A program made the translations under genes and the position numbers. From contig JAFGEI010000148.1 of the NCBI GenBank assembly GCA_016931695.1, forward strand, positions 11,394 through 75,393: DNA of 64,000 bases. The letters are read 5' to 3'. This DNA comes from Anaerolineae bacterium (GTDB lineage: Bacteria; Chloroflexota; Anaerolineae; B4-G1; DUEL01). Shown piece by piece: positions 36,450 to 46,125 of the stretch (the stretch's first letter is position 1; each line of letters starts with the position of its first letter). The notes beneath the pieces were generated by a model. That model was given only the letters and a program-made list of their open reading frames with translations. It had not been told where the DNA came from and did no database searches.

Positions 36450-38735
36450 TTGGGCGAGCGGGTAATCGAAAAGCGTTGTGGGCTGGACAGCGGGTTGCTG
36501 CTGGCCGTGCTGCTGGGGCTGGCTGCCGCGCTGCCCTTTCTCGTCCGGCCCGGCCTGCCGCGAGACACCGATGCCGAGCTGCACGTCTTTCGTGCCGCCG
36601 AGATCCTGTCCTGTTGGCAGGGCGGGGTGCTGTACCCCCGCTGGGCGCCTGATTTCTACTATGGCTACGGCTATCCGATCTTTAACTATTATGCGCCGCT
36701 GACGTATCACCTGGCCGCCCTTTTCTCCCTCTGTCCAGGTGTGGACATTGTAGGCGGTGTAAAGGCCGTGTTCGTGCTGGGACTGATCCTGAGCGGGGCA
36801 GGAGCCTACTTGCTGGCTCGGGACGTCCTTGGCGACCCGCCGGCAGCCGTCGTGGCTGCGGCGTCGTTTCTCTTTGCCCCTTACGTGCTCTTTGTCGACC
36901 CTCACGCCCGCGGTGACCTGGCGGAGCACTTTGCCATCGGCTTGCTGCCCTTGGCCCTCTTTGCCACGCGGCGCTGGGTGGAGCAGGGGCGACGCGCCCC
37001 TTTTGTCGGCTCTGTGCTTTTTTGTGCGGCGCTGATCTTGTCGCACAATTTATTGGGGGTTGTCGGGTTCGCGATTCTCCTGGCTGCGATTTTCTGGCAA
37101 GTTGTCGTCGAGGGCCGTCGTGACGGGGTGGGGCGGGGGCTGGTGACGCCGCTGCTGGCCCTGGCGCTTGGTGCCGTTTTCTGGCTGCCAATGCTGGTCG
37201 AGCTGCCGCTGGTCCAGCTGACCGTGGTCGGGGCGGGCCACTTTGATTTTCGCAATCACTTTGTCGCTCTGGCGGAACTGCTGGCGCCGTCCCGCGTCCT
37301 CGACCTGGGAAGCGTCGCCCCGCGCTATTGGTTCAACCTGGGCCTGCCGCAGTGGGTCCTGGCGCTGGTAGGCGTCGTGGGCGGGATGGGGTGGCTGGGG
37401 CGCTCGAGACGGGCACTGGCTTTTTTTGCCCTGTCGGCACTGGGGCTGGTAGCGCTGATCCTGCCGCTGTCGCTGCCGTTGTGGGAAGCGATCCCCCCGC
37501 TGGCTTATCTCCAGTTTCCCTGGCGGCTGCTGGGACCGGCGGCGCTGATGGCAGCTCTTTTGGCCGGGGCTGCTGCCTCGCTGCTTCCCAACACCTCCTG
37601 GCGCCCCCTCGCGTTGGCGGCCGGGCTGGCGTTGACCCTGGCGCTGTCCCTGCCGCTGCTGTTCCCACCCGAGTGGGGGGCGGATTTTGGCGACACCACC
37701 CCGGCGGGAATTGTGCGCTTCGAACTGGAGGGCAAGGTGGTGGGGACGACTTCGACGGGCGATTTTCTGCCGCGCACAGTAGAGACGATGCTGCGCCCCC
37801 AGGGGAGCCTGGTCGCTTCGTACGAATCAGGCTGGATTGACAAGGCAAATCACGCTGCCGTGCCCGAGGGCACGACGGTCAAAGTCGTCGACCATGGGCC
37901 TGTGCACGACCGCTTTTCCGTCTCGGCGCCGCGCCGGTTTGTCTTTCGCCTGTACACCCTGGCTTTTCCGGGCTGGACCGCTTGGGTGGACGACGAACCG
38001 GTCGACATCGAGTTGGGACGCCCGGAGGGCTTTATCACCTTGTGGGTGCCGCCTGGCGAGCACGACGTGCTGGTCCGCTTTGTGGACACGCCAGTGCGCC
38101 GGGCGGCCTGGGGGATTTCTGTCGCTGCTTTGATCGCTCTGCTCGCGGCGCTGGGAGTCGCTCCTTGGACTGGCGAGCGGCAGGCGTCGCCGCGCTTGTC
38201 TCGGCGCATGTTGGTCTGGTTGGGGGGAGCGCTGCTGCTGTTCTTGCTGTTCAAGTTAGCCCTCGTCGATCCCCTGGGCTGGTTCCGCTACACCTCGCCG
38301 CCGGGAGAGGCGTGGGCGGCGCAGTACCGCCAGCAGGCAAACCTGGCCGGGGAGGTTGAGCTGCTTGGTTTCGACTTGCCTGGCCGGCAGGTCCGCCCTG
38401 GCGAGATGCTCGACGTGGTGCTCTATTGGCGGGCTGTGCACCCGCTGGAGACGAATTACCAGTCTTTTGTCCACCTGGCCCAGCCGCTGACAGTGGCCTG
38501 GGGGCAGTCGGATGCCCTCAATCCCGGCGGCCTGCCCACGACCCGCTGGCCCCAGGACCGCTACGTGTGGGATGCCCACCGCTTCCAGGTACCGGCAAAT
38601 ACGCCGCCAGGGGAGTACGTCCTCGCGGTTGGCCTGTATACATTGGCCGACGGCCGGCGCCTGCCGGTCCTGGGTGCCGAGGAGCAAGATTCGGTGGTAT
38701 TGGAAATCCCGGTAACTGTGCTGCCAGGGCGGTGA
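36450..38735 (+). CDS. Polytopic membrane protein, PTPS-related/YfhO-like GT-C glycosyltransferase family
   Basis: LYPRWAPDFYYGYGYPIFNYYAPL, RGDLAE, LQFPWRLL, FPGW; C-terminal soluble domain (LYW...YQSFVHL...PTTRW...PPGEY.L.VGLY). Confidence 0.75.
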   Translation: MGERVIEKRCGLDSGLLLAVLLGLAAALPFLVRPGLPRDTDAELHVFRAAEILSCWQGGVLYPRWAPDFYYGYGYPIFNYYAPLTYHLAALFSLCPGVDIVGGVKAVFVLGLILSGAGAYLLARDVLGDPPAAVVAAASFLFAPYVLFVDPHARGDLAEHFAIGLLPLALFATRRWVEQGRRAPFVGSVLFCAALILSHNLLGVVGFAILLAAIFWQVVVEGRRDGVGRGLVTPLLALALGAVFWLPMLVELPLVQLTVVGAGHFDFRNHFVALAELLAPSRVLDLGSVAPRYWFNLGLPQWVLALVGVVGGMGWLGRSRRALAFFALSALGLVALILPLSLPLWEAIPPLAYLQFPWRLLGPAALMAALLAGAAASLLPNTSWRPLALAAGLALTLALSLPLLFPPEWGADFGDTTPAGIVRFELEGKVVGTTSTGDFLPRTVETMLRPQGSLVASYESGWIDKANHAAVPEGTTVKVVDHGPVHDRFSVSAPRRFVFRLYTLAFPGWTAWVDDEPVDIELGRPEGFITLWVPPGEHDVLVRFVDTPVRRAAWGISVAALIALLAALGVAPWTGERQASPRLSRRMLVWLGGALLLFLLFKLALVDPLGWFRYTSPPGEAWAAQYRQQANLAGEVELLGFDLPGRQVRPGEMLDVVLYWRAVHPLETNYQSFVHLAQPLTVAWGQSDALNPGGLPTTRWPQDRYVWDAHRFQVPANTPPGEYVLAVGLYTLADGRRLPVLGAEEQDSVVLEIPVTVLPGR

Positions 38736-38845
38736 AAGCGGAAGGGTGGCACAAGCTGTGATTCCCAAGAGGGGTGTCGCCAGCGCTGCCGAGCAAACAG
38801 GCATCGAGGTCGATTTCTGCCAGCCGGGAGCGTTCTAATGCCGCA

Positions 38846-39562
38846 TCAGCCTCGGTGCTGCTGCAGGGTGCGGTCGAGGATTTCGTCCTGGTCCGTGCGG
38901 CGGTGTCTCTTGGGCTGGTGTTGGGATGGGCGCTGTTTCTTCTCCCGTGCCGGCTTGGACTTTTGTGCCCTGCGATAAGCGACCTCAAATTGGGAGGGGA
39001 GGCTTTCTTCTTCCTCGTCGATGACGGTGTCGGCAAAATTCTCCATCGTGAGGTCGATGCGTTTCTTGCGCCGGTCGATGCTCAGGATGCGGACCGCGAC
39101 TTCGTCGCCCAGGCTAAAGATTTCGGACGGGTGGCGGAAAAAGCGCCCGCCCATCTCGCGGCTGTGCAGCAAGCCGGGGCGCTCCGCGCCGATGTCGACA
39201 AAGACCCCGTAGCGCTCGATGCGCACGACCTGTCCGACGTGAGACTGGCTGTCATTCAGCTCGCGCCAGTCAACGTCGGGCGGCTTGACCATCGTCAGCG
39301 CGATGCGGCCCTGCTTGGGGTCGACCTGGGTCACCCAAACCTCGACGGTGTCGCCTTCTTTGACCACATCCGAGACGCGATCGACTCTTTGATCGCTGAG
39401 CTGGGAGATGTGGATCAGGCCGTCTCTTTCCAGGCCGAGGTCGACAAAGGCGCCGTAGAGCTCGATTCGCCGCACGACGCCATCCAACTTCATCTTTGGC
39501 TGCAGTTCAGAAATTGAAGTTGGCTGGGATAGATCAGATTGATCGGTGTATTCTTCGCTCAC
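38846..39562 (-). CDS. S1 RNA-binding domain protein (two S1 repeats, basic tail)
   Basis: YGAFVDLG...GLIHISQL and YGVFVDIG...GLLHSREM. Confidence 0.88.
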   Translation of the reverse strand: MSEEYTDQSDLSQPTSISELQPKMKLDGVVRRIELYGAFVDLGLERDGLIHISQLSDQRVDRVSDVVKEGDTVEVWVTQVDPKQGRIALTMVKPPDVDWRELNDSQSHVGQVVRIERYGVFVDIGAERPGLLHSREMGGRFFRHPSEIFSLGDEVAVRILSIDRRKKRIDLTMENFADTVIDEEEESLPSQFEVAYRRAQKSKPAREKKQRPSQHQPKRHRRTDQDEILDRTLQQHRG

Positions 39563-39663
39563 GCTTTCACCTCTACGGTAATAACTTGAGCCTGGACCGG
39601 CCCTGGCTCAAGGCAATCGACCCCCAATTATATTCTGCTCGTCCATTCTGTCAAGTCGCCTGT

Positions 39664-39739
39664 CTTCGCATAGTCACCAAAGGAGGGAGAGCAAGAAAAC
39701 TTAACAAATTCGTCAATAAAGACAATAGACTATGCGAAA
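39664..39739. repeat. Short AT-rich element with inverted terminal repeats TTCGCATAGTC, copy 1
   Basis: TTCGCATAGTC at 39665-39675 and GACTATGCGAA at 39728-39738; intergenic between smpB and the S1 gene. Confidence 0.85.
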
Positions 39740-39798
39740 TCTCGGGCCGCGATCTCCCTTTGCGTCTTTTTCGCGCGGGTAGGGCGCGCCCGCTGGCG

Positions 39799-40260
39799 TC
39801 ACTTGCCCCGGCTGCGCCGCCACTCGCGCTCGATTTCCCGTTCGCTGTCCCGCTGCCGGATGGCTTCCCGCTTGTCGTACTGTCGCTTGCCCCGCACCAG
39901 GGCAATTTCGACCTTGACCCGCCCGTGTTTGAAATAGATCTTGAGCGGTACGATGGTGTAGCCGCGCTCCTGAACCTGCCCTGCCAGGCGGTTGATCTCG
40001 CGGCGGTGCAAGAGCAGCTTCCGCGGCCTGGTCGGTTCGTGGCCCTGCCTCCCGCCGGGGTCGTAACTCGCGATGTGGGTGTTGACCAGCCACAGCTCGC
40101 CATCTCGCAGCTGCACGTACCCCTCGCGGAGGTTCACCCGCCCCGCGCGGATCGATTTCACCTCTGTCCCTTTCAAGACGAGGCCGGCTTCGTGCCGCTC
40201 TTCAATGTGATAGTCGTGGCTGGCCTTGCGATTGGTCGCCACCACCTTGATCTTGTCCAC
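39799..40260 (-). CDS. smpB: SsrA-binding protein SmpB
   Basis: NRKASHDY, EAGLVLKGTEVKSIR, RKLLLHRREI, GKRQYDKRE. Confidence 0.97.
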   Translation of the reverse strand: MDKIKVVATNRKASHDYHIEERHEAGLVLKGTEVKSIRAGRVNLREGYVQLRDGELWLVNTHIASYDPGGRQGHEPTRPRKLLLHRREINRLAGQVQERGYTIVPLKIYFKHGRVKVEIALVRGKRQYDKREAIRQRDSEREIEREWRRSRGK

Positions 40261-40261
40261 G

Positions 40262-41548
40262 CTATTCCCCGCTCAACAGGTACTCGATGGCCCGCTCTAG
40301 CTGGGGGTCCTGTCCGGCTTCCAATTCCTCGGGCAGAGGAACCTCGATGTCGGGCGTCAGGCCCTGGCCGTGAATTGCCACGTCGTTGGGCGTGAACCAG
40401 CGGGCAATAGTTACGCGCAGTTCGGAACCGTCCGACAGGCGGTGCGGGCGCTGCACCGAGCCCTTGCCAAAGGTCTGCTCGCCGATTAGGGCCGCGCGCC
40501 CCCGGTCCTGGATCGCCCCGGCGACGATTTCCGACGCCGAGGCGCTGCCGCCGTTCACCAGCACCACCAGCGGAATGTCCTCCAGCATGTCCCCGTCGTG
40601 GGATTCAAAGATCTCTTCCCGCCCGTCCGAAACCCGTTCGATGAGAACGATGCCATCGTCGAGGAACAGGTCGGCAACGCTGACCGCCTCGTTGAGCCAT
40701 CCGCCGGGATTGTTCCGCAGGTCAAGGATGATGCCAGCTGGCCGCTGGGCCATCAGGCCCTCCAGTGCTTCTTCCAGTTGGGCAGTAGCGGTCGAGCTGA
40801 ATTCGGTCAAACGGACGTAGGCAATGTTGCCTTCCAGTATCTCTGCTTCTACCAGGGGGATTTGGACACGCGCCCGGGTGATAGTCACCTCAAAGTGTTC
40901 TTCTGTGCCCGGCCGCTCGATCAGCAATACGACGTCTGTTCCTGCCGGGCCACGGATGAAGGCAATCGCCTCATAGATACCAAGCCCGACGATGGATTGT
41001 CCGTCGACGGCAAGCACGCGGTCGTTGTCCCGGAGCTCGGAGGCCTCCGCCGGCGAATTGGGGATGATGCTGACGATCTCGAGCTTGCCGTCGTCGCGCA
41101 TGCGGACAAAGGCGCCGATGCCCTCAAAGCTCCCGCTTGCGTCCTCGTTGAGGATCGAGGCAATTTCGGGTTCGATGAAGGATGTGTACTCGTCGTCTAG
41201 TGTTTCGAGCATGCCCCGTATGGCGCCGTAGGTCACGGCTTGCATGTCGGGAACTTCGCCGTAATACTCTTGCTGGACAATATCCCAGACTTCCCAGAAC
41301 AACTGAAAGGCCTCCTCGTCCGGGCTTGTCGGGGGCGGGGTCGGATTGGGGTCGGGATAGACGGGCCCGCCGTCGCCTGCTGTCGGCTGCGGGACGGGAG
41401 AGACGGTGGTAGGGAGGATGTTGGTTTCTCCGGTTTCGGCCAGCCGGGAGACGCCAATGCCGGCGATGAATGCTGCCGTCGCCGTGCAGGCCAGCAGCGC
41501 GGCGACGAGAAGAACGCGGACGACAATCGTTGTTGTTCGATTTTCCAT
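40262..41548 (-). CDS. S41 C-terminal processing peptidase (CtpA-like)
   Basis: TM anchor, FEGIGA PDZ, LDLRNNPGG, SASASEI (Ser), FGKGSVQ (Lys). Confidence 0.93.
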   Translation of the reverse strand: MENRTTTIVVRVLLVAALLACTATAAFIAGIGVSRLAETGETNILPTTVSPVPQPTAGDGGPVYPDPNPTPPPTSPDEEAFQLFWEVWDIVQQEYYGEVPDMQAVTYGAIRGMLETLDDEYTSFIEPEIASILNEDASGSFEGIGAFVRMRDDGKLEIVSIIPNSPAEASELRDNDRVLAVDGQSIVGLGIYEAIAFIRGPAGTDVVLLIERPGTEEHFEVTITRARVQIPLVEAEILEGNIAYVRLTEFSSTATAQLEEALEGLMAQRPAGIILDLRNNPGGWLNEAVSVADLFLDDGIVLIERVSDGREEIFESHDGDMLEDIPLVVLVNGGSASASEIVAGAIQDRGRAALIGEQTFGKGSVQRPHRLSDGSELRVTIARWFTPNDVAIHGQGLTPDIEVPLPEELEAGQDPQLERAIEYLLSGE

Positions 41549-41550
41549 TT

Positions 41551-42717
41551 TTACTCACCTGTCTGAAAGTAATCGATGGCCCGCTCCAATGCCGTGTCCA
41601 GAAGGGTGTCCTCCTGGACAACCGGGATATCCGGAGTCAGGCCGCTATCTGCGATGGGCTCCTGGCCTGGCAGCAACCAGATTGCCGCTGTGACGTGCAG
41701 CGCAGAGCCGTCCGATAGCGTATAGACTCGCTGGACGGAGCCCTTTCCATACGTCGGCTGCCCGATCAACGGCCCGCGTTGCCGGGCCTGGAGTGCGCCG
41801 GCGACGATCTCGGCAGCGCTGGCGGTGGACCTGTCGACCAGGACGAGCAGGGGGAGGTCGGCGGCCAGCCCGCCGTCGCTGGCGTGCAGCGTCTGCTGGC
41901 CTTCCCGCTGCACTTCGTGCATCACGACGCCGCCATCGAGGAACAGCCCGGCCACGCTGACAGCGGGCTGGATCAACCCGCCGCCGTTTCCTCGCAGGTC
42001 GAGTACGAGCTGCTCGACCTGACTGTCCAGCAGGGACTGGAGGGCTTGCTCTGTTTCGCGGGGCGTACGTTCGGTAAAGGTGGTTATGTGCAGGTAACCG
42101 ATGGCAGGATCGCGGTCGAGCGTGCGGTAGGTCACGCTGGGGAGGAGGATCTCGGCGCGGGCGATGACGAGCTGGAACGGCGGGGTGGGGGGGCGAGACA
42201 GCGTCGCCGTCACCGTGCTTCCCGCCGGGCCGCGCAACTGGACACGGATGTCGTCAAGTGTACGGGTATCGACGGGCAGCCCGTCGATCTCGAGCAAGAC
42301 GTCTCCTGTCCGCACCCCGGCTGTTTCGGCCGGGGAGGCGGGGAAGGGGGAGAGGACAACCGCGCCGTCGCTGTTCCGCCACAGGTCGACGCCGATCCCG
42401 CCGTAGGCGCCGGTCAGGCGGTTCCTTTCGACCTCGCCGGTCTGGGGTTCGAGCAAGATTGTGTAGGGGTCGTCCAGTACAGCGAGTGCGCCGCGGATCG
42501 CGCCGTACGTTCGCTCCTGGGCCGAGGGGATCGATCCGTAGAACTCTTGTTCCAGGAGCTCCCACGCTTCCCAGAAAACCTCCGGCCTTTGACTTTGCCT
42601 TGAGTCGATTTGATGCAAAATAAATTGCGTAGTGGCCCCCAGGGTAAAAAACGTGACAAAGACGAGGGCGGTCGCTATTGCGACGATGTAGGCCGTGTTT
42701 CGCTTGCTGGCAGTCAT
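41551..42717 (-). CDS. S41 C-terminal processing peptidase (CtpA-like), second paralogue
   Basis: YGGIGV PDZ, LDLRGNGGG, TASAAEI, YGKGSVQ. Confidence 0.92.
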   Translation of the reverse strand: MTASKRNTAYIVAIATALVFVTFFTLGATTQFILHQIDSRQSQRPEVFWEAWELLEQEFYGSIPSAQERTYGAIRGALAVLDDPYTILLEPQTGEVERNRLTGAYGGIGVDLWRNSDGAVVLSPFPASPAETAGVRTGDVLLEIDGLPVDTRTLDDIRVQLRGPAGSTVTATLSRPPTPPFQLVIARAEILLPSVTYRTLDRDPAIGYLHITTFTERTPRETEQALQSLLDSQVEQLVLDLRGNGGGLIQPAVSVAGLFLDGGVVMHEVQREGQQTLHASDGGLAADLPLLVLVDRSTASAAEIVAGALQARQRGPLIGQPTYGKGSVQRVYTLSDGSALHVTAAIWLLPGQEPIADSGLTPDIPVVQEDTLLDTALERAIDYFQTGE

Positions 42718-42745
42718 TATCTTTTAATCCATACACCTCAAGGAC

Positions 42746-42848
42746 AAAAATGCGCCCCGGGTCCCAGGCGACCACGCGGATGGGCTCCGGCGCTGCTGCG
42801 TCGGGATTGCCGTTCTCCGGGCAAGGACCGGGGTTCCGGGCAAGCGCA
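42746..42848 (-). ncRNA. Candidate structured RNA / 5' leader of the ctp-ctp-smpB operon (family not recognised)
   Basis: Follows TGnTACAAT on the minus strand; CCCCGGUCC pairs with GGACCCGGGG, inner UUGCC/GGCAA hairpin, followed by a U5 tract. Confidence 0.35.
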
Positions 42849-43001
42849 GGCATTGTAACATGTTTGAACCGATTGCGCAATGATACGCGCGGGTATCGCG
42901 GGTAAAAGCAAAGTTGTACGCTGCATCCCAGTAAAGATTGCGGGGCAGCCAGTGCGAGGGTGCTGTATCGCATCTTCTTTTGGAAATTTGCCGGTATTAT
43001 G

Positions 43002-43030
43002 TTGACAAAACGGGCGTTGCGTGGTAAAAT
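43002..43030 (+). promoter_or_regulatory. Near-consensus sigma70 promoter of the recombinase gene
   Basis: TTGACA (43002-43007), 17 bp spacer, TAAAAT (43025-43030) with an extended TG. Confidence 0.8.
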
Positions 43031-43033
43031 CGT

Positions 43034-43067
43034 TATGATTCGGATAGTATAAATTATGCGAATCATA
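43034..43067. other. lox/dif-like palindromic tyrosine-recombinase site
   Basis: TATGATTCGGATAG-TATAAA-TTATGCGAATCATA: 14-bp arms matching at 12/14 around a 6-bp spacer, immediately before the GGAGG RBS of the recombinase. Confidence 0.75.
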
Positions 43068-43077
43068 TGGAGGTGAA

Positions 43078-44094
43078 ATGGCTATGGAATCGCTTACGGT
43101 ACAGGATGCACTGGAACACTATCTCGCCGAGGTCGCGCAGAGCCGCAGCCCCCTCACCCACAAGTCCTACCGCCAGGCGGTCCGCCGCTTTGCCGCAATG
43201 CTCCAGGAGCGCAGGCTGCCGCCAGCCTCCACGCCCGCCGCACAGATTGCGGTGGAATGGATGGCCTGGTTCGTCGAATCGCTGCGTGATTACGCGGTCG
43301 CTACCGAGCAGCTTTACCTGACCGCCCTATCCGGCTTCTACGAGCAGGTCGCCGCCGAGAACTGGGCCGAGGTCAACCTGCCGGCCCTCAAGCGTCTCCG
43401 CCAGCGGCGGACCCGCCGCGAGGCGACGCGCCTGCCGCCGTTCCCGCGCGACGAGATCGCGCAAACCCTGTCCGCCGTCGCCCAGGCCGCGCTCGTCCCG
43501 CGCGACGAGTTGCAAGAAAGATTGCAGGTACTTCGAGACTGCGCCTTTCTTTTTACCCTCGCCGATACGGGGCTCCGCGTCGCCGAGGCCTGCAGCATCA
43601 TCCGCGGCCACCTCGATTGGAACGAGTCCCACGCCATCGTCCTGGGCAAAGGGGGCCGCGAAGCGGTCGTCCGCTTCTCCCCCCGCAGCCTGCGCTACTT
43701 GCGCGCTTACCTGGAAGCCCGCGCCGAGCTGGATGGCACCCAGGGCCGGCGGCTCGATAGCTTGCCGCTTTTTGCCCGGCACGACCGCGCAGCCGGCAAG
43801 CGGGTGCTCCCAATCTCGACCCGCAGCGCCGAAAAGATCGTCGAAAAGTGGGTGATGCACGCGCTCGGCCGCTCTGCTCGCGGCTCAATCACGCCGCATA
43901 CCTTTCGCCACTACTTTGTCACCGTGGTCCTGCGCGGCAGCGGCGGCAACATCCGTCTGGCCCAGGAGTTGGCCCGCCACCGTAGCATCGTCACGACGCA
44001 GCGCTATACGCACCTCAGCGACGACGAGCTGGACCACGGCTACCACGAGATTTTTGGTAGAGCCGGAACCAGGACGAATAATGATGAGACGTAA
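43078..44094 (+). CDS. Tyrosine recombinase (XerC/XerD-like)
   Basis: N-terminal core-binding domain; catalytic TGLR, GKGG, HTFRH, LARH, TQRY. Confidence 0.93.
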   Translation: MAMESLTVQDALEHYLAEVAQSRSPLTHKSYRQAVRRFAAMLQERRLPPASTPAAQIAVEWMAWFVESLRDYAVATEQLYLTALSGFYEQVAAENWAEVNLPALKRLRQRRTRREATRLPPFPRDEIAQTLSAVAQAALVPRDELQERLQVLRDCAFLFTLADTGLRVAEACSIIRGHLDWNESHAIVLGKGGREAVVRFSPRSLRYLRAYLEARAELDGTQGRRLDSLPLFARHDRAAGKRVLPISTRSAEKIVEKWVMHALGRSARGSITPHTFRHYFVTVVLRGSGGNIRLAQELARHRSIVTTQRYTHLSDDELDHGYHEIFGRAGTRTNNDET

Positions 44095-44125
44095 AACGTA
44101 ATCGGGCATTCTTACACTTATGCCC

Positions 44126-44154
44126 TTGACAAATCTTCCATCTTGACCTATTAT
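44126..44154 (+). promoter_or_regulatory. Putative sigma70 promoter of the carboxyltransferase operon
   Basis: TTGACA (44126-44131), 17 bp spacer, TATTAT (44149-44154). Confidence 0.65.
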
Positions 44155-44212
44155 ATTCTCTCTAGCTCGACATTGTCGAACTAGTCAAACCCCATACCAC
44201 GGAGGTTGTCCC

Positions 44213-45763
44213 ATGGGCATTGAGGAAAAGATCGAGCAACTGCATCAAAAACGGGAGCAGGCCCGCATGGCGGGCGGGCAGGCGCGCATTGACAAGCAAC
44301 ACGAAAAGGGCAAAATGACCGCCCGCGAGCGGGCCGAAAAACTGCTCGACCCCGGCTCCTTCCGCGAGATCGACATGTTCGTCACCCATCGCGCCACCGG
44401 TTTTGGGGTCGAGAAAAATACCCCCCTGGGCGACTCGGTCGTTACCGGATGGGGCACAATTAACGGCCGCCTGGTCTATTTGTTTTCCCAGGACTTTACG
44501 GTCTTTGGCGGAAGCCTGTCCGAAGTTCATGCCGAAAAGGTGTGCAAGATCATGGACCTGGCAATCAAGAACGGTGCGCCGGTGATCGGACTCAACGACT
44601 CGGGCGGCGCGCGCATCCAGGAAGGCGTCGTTTCTCTGGCTGGCTATGCCTACATCTTTTTGCGCAACGTCCTGGCCTCGGGCGTCGTGCCCCAGATCTC
44701 GGCCATCCTCGGCCCCTGTGCCGGCGGTGCCGTCTATTCCCCGGCGATGACCGACTTTATTCTGATGACCAAGCAGACCAGCCACATGTTCATCACCGGC
44801 CCGGACGTCATCCGCGCCGTGACCCACGAGGAAGTGACCCACGAGGAGCTGGGCGGAGCGATGACCCACGCTTCCAAGAGCGGCGTGGCCCATTTTGCCG
44901 CCGAAGACGAGGAACACTGTCTCAGTCTGGTACGACAGTTGCTTGGCTACGTGCCGCAGAACAACCTGGAGGACCCCCCTTTCGTCCCCACCAACGACCC
45001 CACAGAGCGGATGGACCAAGAGCTCAAGCGGATCATTCCCGACAGCGCGATGAAGCCTTACGACATGAAGGACATTATCCGTCGCGTGGTCGACGACGGT
45101 CAATTCCTCGAGGTGCACGAGCACTGGGCCCAGAACATTGTCGTCGGCTTTGCCCGCATGGGCGGCTACAGCGTCGGCATTGTCGCCCAACAGCCGATGC
45201 TGCTGGCCGGGGTGCTCGACATTGACGCTTCGCGCAAGGGGGCGCGCTTTGTCCGCTTCTGTGACGCGTTCAACATTCCCCTGATTACCTTTGTCGATGT
45301 GCCGGGCTTTTTGCCTGGGGTCGACCAGGAGCACGGCGGCATCATTACCAACGGGGCCAAGTTGCTATGGGCCTACTGTGAAGCGACGGTGCCCAAGATC
45401 ACCATCATCACCCGCAAAGCCTATGGCGGCGCCTACGACGTCATGAGTTCCAAGCACATTCGCGGAGACATCTCTTATGCCTGGCCGACGGCCGAGATCG
45501 CGGTGATGGGGCCGGAGGGAGCGGTCAATATCGTCTTTCGCAAGGAGTTAAAGGCCGCGATTGATCCTAACGCGGAACAAGTGCGATTGGCGCAAGAATA
45601 CCGCGAGCAGTTTGCCAATCCTTACATCGCCGCTGCTCGCGGCTACATCGACGACGTCATCGAGCCGCAAGAGACCCGCCCGCGCATCATCGAGGCGCTC
45701 GTGATGCTGCAAAACAAGCGTGATTCGAATCCGCCCAAGAAGCACGGCAACATTCCCTTGTAA
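44213..45763 (+). CDS. Acyl-CoA carboxyltransferase (PccB/MmdA/transcarboxylase 12S family)
   Basis: [55 protein letters not shown]. Confidence 0.95.
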   Translation: MGIEEKIEQLHQKREQARMAGGQARIDKQHEKGKMTARERAEKLLDPGSFREIDMFVTHRATGFGVEKNTPLGDSVVTGWGTINGRLVYLFSQDFTVFGGSLSEVHAEKVCKIMDLAIKNGAPVIGLNDSGGARIQEGVVSLAGYAYIFLRNVLASGVVPQISAILGPCAGGAVYSPAMTDFILMTKQTSHMFITGPDVIRAVTHEEVTHEELGGAMTHASKSGVAHFAAEDEEHCLSLVRQLLGYVPQNNLEDPPFVPTNDPTERMDQELKRIIPDSAMKPYDMKDIIRRVVDDGQFLEVHEHWAQNIVVGFARMGGYSVGIVAQQPMLLAGVLDIDASRKGARFVRFCDAFNIPLITFVDVPGFLPGVDQEHGGIITNGAKLLWAYCEATVPKITIITRKAYGGAYDVMSSKHIRGDISYAWPTAEIAVMGPEGAVNIVFRKELKAAIDPNAEQVRLAQEYREQFANPYIAAARGYIDDVIEPQETRPRIIEALVMLQNKRDSNPPKKHGNIPL

Positions 45764-45789
45764 CCCGACCTTTGACTCTGGAGCAAGAT

Positions 45790-46107
45790 ATGGAAAAAAA
45801 AGTTAGCGTGGCTGAGGTAGCCGAAAAACTGCCGGGGCCGTTCAAGCATCTGGTGATGGGCCAGGTGGACGATTATTGTGCCTACCTGACGCGCATTGAG
45901 GGGACCTATCTCTACCACCAACACCCCAAGGACGAAATGTACTTTGTGCTGGAAGGCGAGATTACCATCGAGTATGACGATGGGGCGACGACGGCGCTGG
46001 GAGCCGGGGAATCTCTGGTCGTTCGTGCAGGGGAGAAACACCGTTCCTGCGCCGAATCCAGCAGCCTGGTGCTCATGTTCAAAGCCCGCGATCTTTTTGC
46101 TGAATAA
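45790..46107 (+). CDS. Cupin-domain protein
   Basis: HQHPKDEMYFVLEG...VRAGEKH. Confidence 0.85.
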   Translation: MEKKVSVAEVAEKLPGPFKHLVMGQVDDYCAYLTRIEGTYLYHQHPKDEMYFVLEGEITIEYDDGATTALGAGESLVVRAGEKHRSCAESSSLVLMFKARDLFAE

Positions 46108-46125
46108 TTCGTTTTGGAGATTGCA

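Noticed and set aside
39563..39798. tmRNA (ssrA) expected near smpB
   Set aside because: No tRNA-like GGGG...CCACCA ends, and the intergenic gap is too short.
42980..43007. TTATGTTGACA resembling a XerD arm
   Set aside because: No matching left arm; the sequence is explained by the TTGACA -35 box.
43078..44094. Prophage, ICE or integron integrase
   Set aside because: Flanking genes are housekeeping or metabolic. I saw no phage or conjugation genes, tRNA att site or canonical attC (RYYYAAC...GTTRRRY) cassettes.
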